Positions 55,316 through 63,118 of a stretch of 64,000 nt of DNA are shown piece by piece. Below the pieces are notes generated by a model, which was not told the DNA's origin, ran no database searches, and saw nothing but the letters and a program-made list of their open reading frames with translations. The stretch lies in contig JAHFFE010000008.1 of assembly GCA_023248155.1 (NCBI GenBank), positions 6,515 through 70,514 on the forward strand, written 5' to 3'. A program made the position numbers and the translations under genes. The stretch's first letter is position 1. Every line of letters starts with the position of its first letter. The stretch comes from Candidatus Omnitrophota bacterium. Lineage in GTDB: Bacteria > Omnitrophota > Gorgyraeia > 1-14-0-20-64-10.

Positions 55316-55923
55316 AAATAAAGCGGGTCCTGGTTTTGGTTCTGGTTCTTTTTTTTCTGTCGGGACCTCTTCGCGCGTCGGCCGACTCCGTTTTGGTGGA
55401 TGATTTCGAGCAGGAAGCGGCTAATAAGGTAGGCGGGCGCACCAACAGCTATGTGATGGCGCCCTCGCGCGTGCTGGCGCTGCGCGTCACCGAGAACGCG
55501 CACGGCGGCAAAAAAGCGCTGGTGCTCAAATACGATAAGAAGGGCACCGGCGGTCCGTACGATTCCGGCGGGTGGTGTGGTTATTACACCATGCTGAAAG
55601 TCGGTTCGCGTTATTACGACGCTTCCGGCGCGAAAGCGATTTCGTTCTGGGTGCGCGGCGACCGGGAAGACGAAAATTTCGTGATTGGCCTTTCCGACAA
55701 ACATTGGGATGAGCTGGGTGATTCGGTCAAATCAGAGCCGGTGGTGCAGTATCTTCCGGCCGGAAAGATCACCAAAGAGTGGCAGAAAGCGACGGTTCCG
55801 CTCAGCGCGTTTATGCTGGAAGCCAAGGAACTGGCCTCGATCGCGATCTGTTTTGAAGGATCGATTTATCCCGGCGGTGAATCGCGGGGAACGGTGTACA
55901 TCGACGACTTGATGTTGGAGTAG
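55312..55923 (+). CDS. Secreted single beta-sandwich (CBM-like) module protein (203 aa).
   Basis: There is an ATGA overlap with the upstream gene. The signal peptide is MKIKRVLVLVLVLFFLSGPLRASA. GGWCGYYTMLKVGSRYYDASGAKAISFWVRGDREDENFVIGLSDKHWDELGDSVKSE...YLPAGKITKEWQKATVPLSAF is a clear paralog of the next gene. Confidence 0.8.
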   Translation: MKIKRVLVLVLVLFFLSGPLRASADSVLVDDFEQEAANKVGGRTNSYVMAPSRVLALRVTENAHGGKKALVLKYDKKGTGGPYDSGGWCGYYTMLKVGSRYYDASGAKAISFWVRGDREDENFVIGLSDKHWDELGDSVKSEPVVQYLPAGKITKEWQKATVPLSAFMLEAKELASIAICFEGSIYPGGESRGTVYIDDLMLE

Positions 55924-55966
55924 GGGTTATGGCATATTTAGAGTGGGTCAAGAGGAGGGAACTAAA

Positions 55967-56629
55967 ATGAAGAAAATGATTTGGGCAGTTTCTCTGCTGG
56001 TGCTGACGATGACCGCTTCCGCGTTCGCCGCTCCGGTGCTGGTGGACGATTTCGATCACGAAGATGGAGCCAAGAACTCGCTGGGCAACCGTGCCAATGT
56101 GTTCATAAAAGCTCCGTCCAAGGCAATGGTCACCGCCCGCAAGGAAACGGTGCAGGGCAAGCCGACGCAGGTGTTGATGCTTAAGTATGACAAGCGCAAC
56201 AGCGGCGGCCCGTTTGATTCGGGTGGGTGGTGCGGTTATTACACGCTGCTGAAGTCGGCCGCCGCGCTGGTGGCTCCGACGCCGCAGAATCCGAACCCGC
56301 CTGCCGGTACCGACAAGTACCTCGATGCCAGCGGGTTCAAGGATCTCAGCTTCTGGGTCCGCGGTGAGAAGGGCGATGAGAATTTCGTCGTCGGTGTTTC
56401 TGACCGGCAGTGGGACAAGCTGGGTGATTCGGTCAAGTCCGAGGAGATCGGCAAATATCTGCCGGCCGGCAAATTGACCAAGGATTGGCAAAAGGCGACC
56501 ATTCCGCTGAGTGAGTTCTTCATCGATCACTCGCAGTTGGCCGCGGTCTCCATCGTGTTTGAAGGAGACCTGTTTCCTGAAACCGGACACCAGGGTACGA
56601 TCTACATCGATAACGTCGAGCTCGAGTGA
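55967..56629 (+). CDS. Secreted single beta-sandwich (CBM-like) module protein (~220 aa).
   Basis: The track ORF starts at GTG 55943; ATG 55967 is preferred because it sits 7 nt after AGGAGGG and gives MKKMIWAVSLLVLTMTASAFAAPV (signal). GGWCGYYTLLKS...LSFWVRGEKGDENFVVGVSDRQWDKLGDSVKSEEIGKYLPAGKLTKDWQKATIPLSEF is ~60% identical to the 55312 protein. Confidence 0.8.
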   Translation: MKKMIWAVSLLVLTMTASAFAAPVLVDDFDHEDGAKNSLGNRANVFIKAPSKAMVTARKETVQGKPTQVLMLKYDKRNSGGPFDSGGWCGYYTLLKSAAALVAPTPQNPNPPAGTDKYLDASGFKDLSFWVRGEKGDENFVVGVSDRQWDKLGDSVKSEEIGKYLPAGKLTKDWQKATIPLSEFFIDHSQLAAVSIVFEGDLFPETGHQGTIYIDNVELE

Positions 56630-57606
56630 ATCGTTCTTTAAGAACGGGGGGTTTCTGGTTTAAGAGAGCCCTGACGGCCGTTGTGCTGTCAGGGCTTTTT
56701 TCTTTGTTTGGCATCGGCGCGGTGGGGCCGTCCTTCGTTGGCGCCGAGGAATCCTCCGAGGCCGATGCTGCCGCGGCGCCGAAAGTCAGCGCGATCTGGG
56801 TCTGGGACGCGCGCATCGTGGTGGTCGACGCGGCGCGCGCGGGTCTGCTGGCGTTTTGCCGAAAGCACAAGGTGAATATGATTTATCTTTCGGCGTACGA
56901 TCTGCGTCCGCCGATGGATGAATCGTACCGCACGTTCAACGTCGACGCGCACCGAAACGGAATTACCGTGCAGGCGCTGGCCGGCGATCCGCGCTGGGGA
57001 AAAACGCAGTATCACCATATTCCGATGCAGTGGATCGAATCGGTGCTTCAGTTTAACCGCCAATCCAACCCGCAGCAGCGCTTCGACGGCATTCACGCCG
57101 ACGTCGAGCCCTACTTGCTCTCAAAGAGTTGGAAAGAACAGCCGGCCGCTCTGCTGGGCGGGTACCTCGACCTGCAGTCCAAAGTGATGGGTCAGGTGCG
57201 CGGGCAGGGCGTTTCCTACGGCGTCGATATTCCGTTCTGGTTTGATGATGACACCAATTACCGCATTGAATGGCAGAGCCAGATCAAAACACCGACTCAG
57301 CATATCCTCGACACCGTCGACTCGATTACCGTGATGGCCTACCGCAATTTCGCGGAAGGCGACGATGGCACGGTTCACCTGGTTGCGCTGGAGCTGGAGT
57401 ACGGCGACAAGGTCGGCAAGAAAGTGATCATCGGCCAGGAAACTCAGCCCGACATGTTCCCGGCCTATATTTCTTTCGGCGGTACCTCTTATAAAAAACT
57501 GGTTGAGGAACTGGCCAAGATTGAAGGGGCTGTCGGCGGACGTTCCAGTTTCGGCGGTTTCGCGATCCACCATTACGACAGTTACCGGAAACTCTGCGGT
57601 GAATGA
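56626..57606 (+). CDS. Secreted glycoside-hydrolase-like TIM-barrel protein (326 aa), paralog of the central domain of the 817-aa protein.
   Basis: There is an ATGA overlap with the upstream gene. The N-terminal hydrophobic signal/anchor is ALTAVVLSGLFSLFGIGAVG. AIWVWDARIVV...MIYLSAYD...ALAGDPRWGKTQYHH...FDGIHADVEPYLL aligns with ALWVWKYDLV...IYLY...ALQGNPLWALKTMH...IDGIHMDIEPYL of the 51669 gene. Confidence 0.7.
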   Translation: MNRSLRTGGFWFKRALTAVVLSGLFSLFGIGAVGPSFVGAEESSEADAAAAPKVSAIWVWDARIVVVDAARAGLLAFCRKHKVNMIYLSAYDLRPPMDESYRTFNVDAHRNGITVQALAGDPRWGKTQYHHIPMQWIESVLQFNRQSNPQQRFDGIHADVEPYLLSKSWKEQPAALLGGYLDLQSKVMGQVRGQGVSYGVDIPFWFDDDTNYRIEWQSQIKTPTQHILDTVDSITVMAYRNFAEGDDGTVHLVALELEYGDKVGKKVIIGQETQPDMFPAYISFGGTSYKKLVEELAKIEGAVGGRSSFGGFAIHHYDSYRKLCGE

Positions 57607-57607
57607 G

Positions 57608-58597
57608 ATGAGCAGACACGCCCAGCCACGGGTCCTGCCGCTCGGGGACACTCTCCGCCGTCCGTGCTCGCTTCGCTGCGCGCGTGGCGGCAGAGGCCTC
57701 TCCCGCCCGCGTCACCCCTGGCTTGGGGCTTCGTTGTTTCTTTTTCTTGGTTTTTTTCTGGCTCTTCCGTTGGCGCACGCTGATGTAGTTTACGATGCTC
57801 AGGGCAACAGCATGACCGGCCTTGTGGTTGAAGAACACCGCGACCGTATTCTATTCAACACCGAGCAGGGAGAAAAAACGGTGTTGCGCACGCAGATCGC
57901 CGATATTTTCTATTCCGAACCGGAACGCAACCAGTTTTACCTCGGCAATCAGGCCATTCAGGACGGCGATTACAATTCGGCGCGTGTTTTTTTTATGAAA
58001 GCGCTGCAAATCAACCCGCAATTTTCCGAAGCCGGCGATGCGCTGCAGCGGCTGAAAGACCTTCAGGAAAAAGGAACGCTGTCGCTGGCCGACGCTAATC
58101 CGGTTCGGCTGCTGGAGACCCTCTGGGGCGTCCAACTGCAGGAGGGCGGCACCGGCGCGGTGGTCTTCGCGGTGGAGTCCGGCTCGTTCGGCGATCGGAT
58201 CGGGTTAAAAGCCGGCGACCGTTTAATCGCTTATTGGGGAGAGTCTCTGCTGTATCTGCCGGCCCAGGAAGTGGCGTCGGCCATGCTGGGGAGCGCCGGA
58301 ACAACACTGAAGCTGACGCTTCAGCGCCGCCTGGTGCTTGATCCGGAGCCGGAGCTTGCGATTCCCTGGCCCGGCATGAAGGTCGACATTACGCGGTTGG
58401 GATGGACGGTGCTTTCGATCGATTCCGTCGGGCCGTCGGTGAAAGCCGGGTTTTTAGCCGGCGACCGGATCGTCAAGGTGGATGGCCAGTCAACGCGGTA
58501 TATGCCGCTTTCCAAAATTAATGGGACTATTCAGTCGGCCAAAATCCGCGGTATGAGCGCTTTTATCGAGCGGGATTTAACGGTGGTACGGGAATAA
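57608..58597 (+). CDS. TPR-containing protein with two PDZ domains, N-terminal signal/anchor (~329 aa).
   Basis: The track ORF 57503.. overlaps the upstream gene, while ATG 57608 immediately follows the upstream TGA. LGASLFLFLGFFLALPLAHA is signal-like. A TPR-like helix pair is present (YLGNQAIQDGDYNSARVFFMKALQINPQFSEAGDALQRLK). There are two PDZ signatures (GLKAGDRLIAYWGE and GFLAGDRIVKVDGQ). Confidence 0.65.
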   Translation: MSRHAQPRVLPLGDTLRRPCSLRCARGGRGLSRPRHPWLGASLFLFLGFFLALPLAHADVVYDAQGNSMTGLVVEEHRDRILFNTEQGEKTVLRTQIADIFYSEPERNQFYLGNQAIQDGDYNSARVFFMKALQINPQFSEAGDALQRLKDLQEKGTLSLADANPVRLLETLWGVQLQEGGTGAVVFAVESGSFGDRIGLKAGDRLIAYWGESLLYLPAQEVASAMLGSAGTTLKLTLQRRLVLDPEPELAIPWPGMKVDITRLGWTVLSIDSVGPSVKAGFLAGDRIVKVDGQSTRYMPLSKINGTIQSAKIRGMSAFIERDLTVVRE

Positions 58598-58613
58598 ATG
58601 AGGAGCCTAATTC

Positions 58614-59183
58614 ATGTCCGCCAAATTTAAACGAACGCATTACATCAACGATATCGGGCTTCAATTCCGGTATATGGGCGCTACACTGCTGGTTCTGGTT
58701 TTATTTCTTGCGATCGCGATGGCCGTGGTTTATTTCACCGGCTGGACCGAGCTGGTTCAGCGGCTCTCGGCCATTTATCCGCAGGGGCGCCTGGTCGAAA
58801 TTCTTCAGAAGATCTATCTGCGCCTGTTCGCCGGATTTCTGCTGCTGGTACCGGTGGTGATCATTCTCACGCTCTACCTGTCGCACACGATCGCCGGTCC
58901 GCTGGTGCGGATCAAGCGGTATCTGCGGCTGATGGCCAAGGGTGATTTTGATCTGGCTCCGATCGTGCTTCGTCCCGGAGACGAGTTGAAAGATGTCGCC
59001 GAACTGGTCAACGAAGTGACCGCTAAAATGGGGCCTCGTTCGCAGGAACGAAAGCGGTTGGTGGAATCGCTGAAGGAGACCGCGCAAGCATTGCGCGCCG
59101 ACCTGCAGAAGCTTCCATCGGCGGGGCAGGAGATCCAGCGCAAAATCAATACCCTCAACGATATGCTGAAGATGCTCGAATGA
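58614..59183 (+). CDS. Small membrane protein with two TM helices followed by a HAMP-like linker (189 aa).
   Basis: A GAGGAG RBS lies 9 nt upstream. The two TM helices are LLVLVLFLAIAMAVVYFTGW and FAGFLLLVPVVIILTLYL. Then SHTIAGPLVRIKRYLRLMAKGDFDLAPIVLRPGDELKDVAELVNEV has the HAMP amphipathic pattern. The C-terminus is helical. Confidence 0.6.
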   Translation: MSAKFKRTHYINDIGLQFRYMGATLLVLVLFLAIAMAVVYFTGWTELVQRLSAIYPQGRLVEILQKIYLRLFAGFLLLVPVVIILTLYLSHTIAGPLVRIKRYLRLMAKGDFDLAPIVLRPGDELKDVAELVNEVTAKMGPRSQERKRLVESLKETAQALRADLQKLPSAGQEIQRKINTLNDMLKMLE

Positions 59184-59722
59184 AAAAGAAAATCGCACTG
59201 CTTCTGCTGATGGCGGTTGTCTTTCCGTATTCCGTTGCTGTTGCCGTGCAGTCCCGGGAAGAGGCGAAAGATACCGATTCGGACGGAAAACCCGATGAAT
59301 GGCGCATTTATGATGGGGAAACGCTGGTCCGCATCGAGCGCGACCGCAACCATGACGGCCACCGGGAAGTGGTGGTTTTTATGGAGGGCGGCAAGCCGGT
59401 CCGCTCCGAAGTCGACCGCAACGGAGACGGCAATCCGGACCTGGTCCGGTTTCTTAAGGCCGGCATGCCGGAACGGGAGCAGGCCGACCAGAATTTTGAC
59501 GGAAAACCGGATGCCTGGATCTTCTATAAGGAAGGGATCAAAGACCTATTGATCATGGATAAGAATTTTGACGGCCGGCCGGATGCCTGGTTTTATTACG
59601 GCCAGGCCGGTCTGAAGCTGGTCGCCGGAAAGATCGACGAAAATTTTGACGGAAAAATTGACCGTTCGTTTGGCGCTCTGCCGGCCGACGAATCCCGAAA
59701 GCCCTGGGCAAGCCAGCCATAG
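59180..59722 (+). CDS. Secreted Ca-binding repeat protein (180 aa) with six DxDxDG/TSP3-like repeats.
   Basis: There is an ATGA overlap with the upstream gene. The signal peptide is MKKKIALLLLMAVVFPYSVAVAVQS. The repeats are DTDSDGKPDEW, DRNHDGHREV, DRNGDGNPDL, DQNFDGKPDAW, DKNFDGRPDAW and DENFDGKIDRSF, spaced at ~22 aa. Confidence 0.65.
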   Translation: MKKKIALLLLMAVVFPYSVAVAVQSREEAKDTDSDGKPDEWRIYDGETLVRIERDRNHDGHREVVVFMEGGKPVRSEVDRNGDGNPDLVRFLKAGMPEREQADQNFDGKPDAWIFYKEGIKDLLIMDKNFDGRPDAWFYYGQAGLKLVAGKIDENFDGKIDRSFGALPADESRKPWASQP

Positions 59723-59725
59723 GTA

Positions 59726-59754
59726 TTGACCCTGTTTCCTTGGAGTGATAAAAT
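59726..59754 (+). promoter_or_regulatory. sigma70-type promoter for nagB (TTGACC, 17 nt, TAAAAT).
   Basis: TTGACC lies at 59726-59731. A 17-nt spacer follows, then TAAAAT at 59749-59754. This sits ~58 nt upstream of the nagB ATG, and an AGGAGG RBS is at 59796-59801. Confidence 0.55.
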
Positions 59755-59811
59755 AGCCTTTCTCTCGTAACAACATCTTTGAATTACACATAACAGGAGG
59801 AGTATTTTCCA

Positions 59812-60579
59812 ATGGAAGTTGTAATTAAGTCGTCTGCTGAAGAAATGTCAAAATTATCCGCGGAATTGATCGCCGATGTGGTCCGCCACAAGCCGCGCGC
59901 GATTTTGGGCCTGGCCACCGGTTCGACGCCGCTGGGAACCTACAAGGAACTGATCCGCCTTCACAAAGAAGAAGGACTGGACTTTTCCCGCGTCAGCACC
60001 TTCAACCTCGACGAGTATGTCGGGTTGACGCACGATCATCCGCAGAGCTACCACTACTTCATGTGGGAGAACCTCTTTAAGCATATCAACATCAATCCGA
60101 AGAATGTCCATATTCCGGACGGCACCTCGAAGGATGTTCCGGGCTTCTGCCGCTGGTACGAAGAGCAGATCGTCAAGGCCGGCGGACTCGATGTCCAGTT
60201 GCTCGGCATTGGCAGCAACGGACATATCGCGTTCAACGAGCCCGGCTCGTCCCTCGGATCCCGCACGCGCGTCAAGACGCTCGATGAAGGAACCCGCAAG
60301 GACAACGCCCGGTTCTTCAAGACCATGGAAGAAGTACCCAAATACGCGATCACGATGGGAATCGGCACGATCATGGATTCCCGTCAGTTGATTCTTTTGG
60401 CCACCGGCGCTGGCAAGGCCGACGCGATCGCGAAGACCTGCGAAGGTCCGATCACCGCGTTGGTTCCGGCGACGATTGTTCAGCTCCACCCGAAAGCGAC
60501 TATTGTCGTGGACAAACCGGCTTCGACGAAATTGACCCGGGAATACCCGGCCGAGCCGAGCGTCCTGGTTTTGTCGTAA
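59812..60579 (+). CDS. nagB: Glucosamine-6-phosphate deaminase (255 aa).
   Basis: An AGGAGG RBS is present. The protein carries the hallmark NagB motifs LGLATGSTPLGTYKELI, FNLDEYVGL and LLGIGSNGHIAFNEPGSS, and its length is typical of the family. Confidence 0.9.
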   Translation: MEVVIKSSAEEMSKLSAELIADVVRHKPRAILGLATGSTPLGTYKELIRLHKEEGLDFSRVSTFNLDEYVGLTHDHPQSYHYFMWENLFKHININPKNVHIPDGTSKDVPGFCRWYEEQIVKAGGLDVQLLGIGSNGHIAFNEPGSSLGSRTRVKTLDEGTRKDNARFFKTMEEVPKYAITMGIGTIMDSRQLILLATGAGKADAIAKTCEGPITALVPATIVQLHPKATIVVDKPASTKLTREYPAEPSVLVLS

Positions 60580-60598
60580 GGGAAGGGAGAACAATCCG

Positions 60599-62548
60599 AT
60601 GGCGGTTCCCAACCACGATTTAATCAAGGCGGTTGAGACGGCCCGATCGGCTTCAGAACTGGTGAAGGGAACGAAGGCCGCGAAAGCGGCCTTCGCCCTT
60701 TTATCGGCGAAGCCGGCGGACCTGAAAAAAGCGGGTTACTCCGCATTGACCGCAGCACAGTTAAAAACGCTCAAGGCACAGGGCAACACGGCCGATGACT
60801 GGAAGAAAGTTTTCGCCGGCGCCAAGTTCGATGCCAAGCGCGTTTCCCGCTGCCATTTTTCCGGCACGGTTTTATTGTCGGCTTCGGCCGGCACCGTCGA
60901 AGTGGAGGGGGTTTCTTTCCCGACCGGTCTTTCGCACACCACACTGGTGGATTGTGTCGTCGGCAAAGACGCGTTTGTCCGCAATGTCCGCTTAATCAAC
61001 CGCACGGTGATCGGCGAAGGCGCCGTGTTGTTTGATCTGGGCACCGTCACCAAGGGCAAATCCGATTCGTTCGGCAATGGTTCCGAGATTTTAATCGCGA
61101 TTGAAACGGGCGGGCGCGAGGTTCCGGTTTTCGCGGAACTGACCGTGGATGACGCCTGGCAGCTCTGCCGCAGCCGCTCCAACAAGGCGCTGGTCGATGG
61201 ATATACGGCCGCCGTCGCTGCGTATGTCAAAACAGTTTCAGCGCCGTGCAATGTGATCTCCGCGAAAGCGAAGGTTCTGCACACGCCGTCCTTAAAAGAT
61301 GTTTTCCTCGGCGAAGCGGCCATTGTGAATGCCGCCCAGCAGGTGGAGAATGTCACCGTTCTGTCCAATTCCGATGAGAAGACCGAGATCTCCCACGGCG
61401 CGATCGTCAAGTCGAGCGTGCTGCAGTGGGGATCTGAAGTTACCAGCGGCGCGCTGGTCGACACTTCTTTTCTGACCGAGCATTCCCATGTGGAGCGGGG
61501 CGGGTTTGTCACGCATTCCATTCTGGGACCGAATACCGGTGTGGCCGAAGGCGAAGTCACCAGCGCGTTGCTGGGGCCCTTTGTCGGATTCCATCACCAG
61601 TCGCTGTTGATCGCCGCGCTCTGGCCGGAAGGCAAGGGCAACGTCGGTTACGGCGCCAATGTCGGTTCCAACCATACGGCGAAAGCCCCCGACCAGGAAA
61701 TTTGGCCGGGCGAGGGAACCTTCTTCGGTCTGGGTGTGAACATCAAGTATCCGTCCGATTTGACGCAATCGCCGTACACGATTATTGCCAGCGGTGTCGC
61801 GATGCTTCCGCAGAAAGTCGAATTTCCATTCTCGTTGATCAACACGTCGGCGGGGCACACCCCCGGGATTTCACCGGCCTACAACGAGATCATGCCGGCC
61901 TGGGTGCTCTCGGACAATGTGTATATGGTCAAGCGCAACGAAGGCAAGTACGCGAAGCGCAACAAGGCGAAGCGTTCGAAGTTCGATTTCGAAGTGTTCC
62001 GCCCCGAGATCATCGATATGATGGTCGACGCGCGCAAGCGGCTTTCCGCGGTCAGCGGCAAGGAAGTTTACACGGCCAAAGATGTGGCAGGCTTGGGCAA
62101 GAACTACATGTCCGAGTACAGCCGCAAGAAGGCAGTGGAGACCTACTCGTTCTACATCCGCTATTACGCGGCTCTGGGCTTCAAGCGCGAAGCGGCCAAG
62201 TTGGTGTCTGAGAAAAAGGCTGAGAAGATCAAGCGGCTTTTGCAGACGCCGTGCGACTGCCTGCGCTGGGAGCATGAGCGCAAGTTGCTGGCTTCCGAGT
62301 TTTCCGGGAAATCCGAAAAAGAGATTCTGCAGTTCTTGCTGGAGGCGCAGGACAAGATTGCCGCCCAGGTGCAGAGCTCCAAAGAGAAGGACGACAACCG
62401 CGGCGCCGAGGTAATCGAGGATTACACGGCCGCCCACAAGCCGGCCAAAGACGACTCGTTCGTCAAGGAGACTTGGACCGTGACCGCGAAGATGAAAGAG
62501 GAGATCAACTCTCTGATGAATCGCGTGGAGCAGGTGGCTGTCAGTTAA
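60599..62548 (+). CDS. Hypothetical protein with left-handed beta-helix/hexapeptide-like repeats and a helical C-terminal region (649 aa).
   Basis: A GGGAAGGGAGA RBS is present. Repeated short beta-strand hexad patterns occur (VEVEGVSFPTGLSHTTLVDCVVGKDAFVRNVRLINRTVIGEGAVLFDLGTV and VLSNSDEKTEISHGAIVKSSVLQWGSEVTSGALVDTSFL...). The architecture resembles DUF4954-type proteins, but I recognise no specific family from sequence alone. Confidence 0.5.
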   Translation: MAVPNHDLIKAVETARSASELVKGTKAAKAAFALLSAKPADLKKAGYSALTAAQLKTLKAQGNTADDWKKVFAGAKFDAKRVSRCHFSGTVLLSASAGTVEVEGVSFPTGLSHTTLVDCVVGKDAFVRNVRLINRTVIGEGAVLFDLGTVTKGKSDSFGNGSEILIAIETGGREVPVFAELTVDDAWQLCRSRSNKALVDGYTAAVAAYVKTVSAPCNVISAKAKVLHTPSLKDVFLGEAAIVNAAQQVENVTVLSNSDEKTEISHGAIVKSSVLQWGSEVTSGALVDTSFLTEHSHVERGGFVTHSILGPNTGVAEGEVTSALLGPFVGFHHQSLLIAALWPEGKGNVGYGANVGSNHTAKAPDQEIWPGEGTFFGLGVNIKYPSDLTQSPYTIIASGVAMLPQKVEFPFSLINTSAGHTPGISPAYNEIMPAWVLSDNVYMVKRNEGKYAKRNKAKRSKFDFEVFRPEIIDMMVDARKRLSAVSGKEVYTAKDVAGLGKNYMSEYSRKKAVETYSFYIRYYAALGFKREAAKLVSEKKAEKIKRLLQTPCDCLRWEHERKLLASEFSGKSEKEILQFLLEAQDKIAAQVQSSKEKDDNRGAEVIEDYTAAHKPAKDDSFVKETWTVTAKMKEEINSLMNRVEQVAVS

Positions 62549-62558
62549 TTCAAATGTC

Positions 62559-62621
62559 ATCCCCGCGAAAGCGGGGATCTCATAGGCGGGGATGGCGAAA
62601 GCTGTCCCCGCCTTTTTCTTT
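62559..62621 (+). terminator. Tandem-hairpin rho-independent terminator after the 649-aa gene.
   Basis: ATCCCCGC-GAAA-GCGGGGAT is a perfect 8-bp stem with a GNRA loop. GGCGGGGA-TGGCGAAAGCTG-TCCCCGCC is a second stem, followed by TTTTTCTTT. The gene's stop is at 62546-62548. Confidence 0.7.
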
Positions 62622-63118
62622 CCACTTACTTAAGTTAGCGAGTCGGCCCGGCTCGGTTGTTCGGGAGCCCAAAGGGGTGTTGCTCCCGCATCGTTCGTCT
62701 CGCTCCACCGTGCTCGCCTCACTCCGGGTATCGCCCTCACTCGTCCCGCCAAAGAACTCTGGCGGGACACCATGGCCGTTCGGGCTCTTCACGGTGCGGA
62801 GAGCAAACCCCTTCGTGGCTCTCACTCTAACTCAACGGTTGTATGACTAAGAGGCGGGCCGGGATATGGGGCAAGTGGACCTTGGCGGAGGCCGAATCGA
62901 ATTGTTCTTCGGCAAGGCCGGAGACAGAGCGACGGAATTGGGTGGCAATTCCTAGCGTGTCCACGGCTCCCATACCCGGCCTGACTCGAAACACGCCTTG
63001 CCTGACGGAAGCGTGAACGCAGAGAGGCAACACCCCTTTGCGGCGATCAAGCAAGATTGAATTGGTGGACTGACTCGATAATTAGGAGAGAGTTTTAGTG
63101 TTGCAAGCAGTGCAGGTG

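Noticed and set aside
55943-55966. GTG start (track) for the 55967 gene.
   Set aside because: The GTG lies inside the conserved intergenic motif. ATG 55967 has an AGGAGGG RBS at optimal spacing and starts a classic signal peptide.
57503-57607. Upstream extension of the PDZ/TPR gene overlapping the preceding gene by ~100 nt.
   Set aside because: ATG 57608 directly abuts the upstream TGA and precedes the predicted signal/anchor. The extension has no features.
62880-62915. tRNA/tmRNA-like T-loop (TTCGATTC followed by GGCCTCCGCCA on the - strand).
   Set aside because: Flanking sequence does not form a T-stem or acceptor stem, and no matching 5' acceptor strand is found nearby.
62850-62990. Possible RNase P RNA, suggested by the GGCCGGG...AUAUGGGGCAAG and CAUACCCGGCC pairing resembling P4.
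   Set aside because: The two strands are only ~110 nt apart (against ~250 nt in bacterial RNase P), and other universal motifs (GGAAAGUCCGG, AGGGUGAAA, GGUAAGAGCGCACC) are absent. It is retained only as an unassigned structured-RNA candidate.
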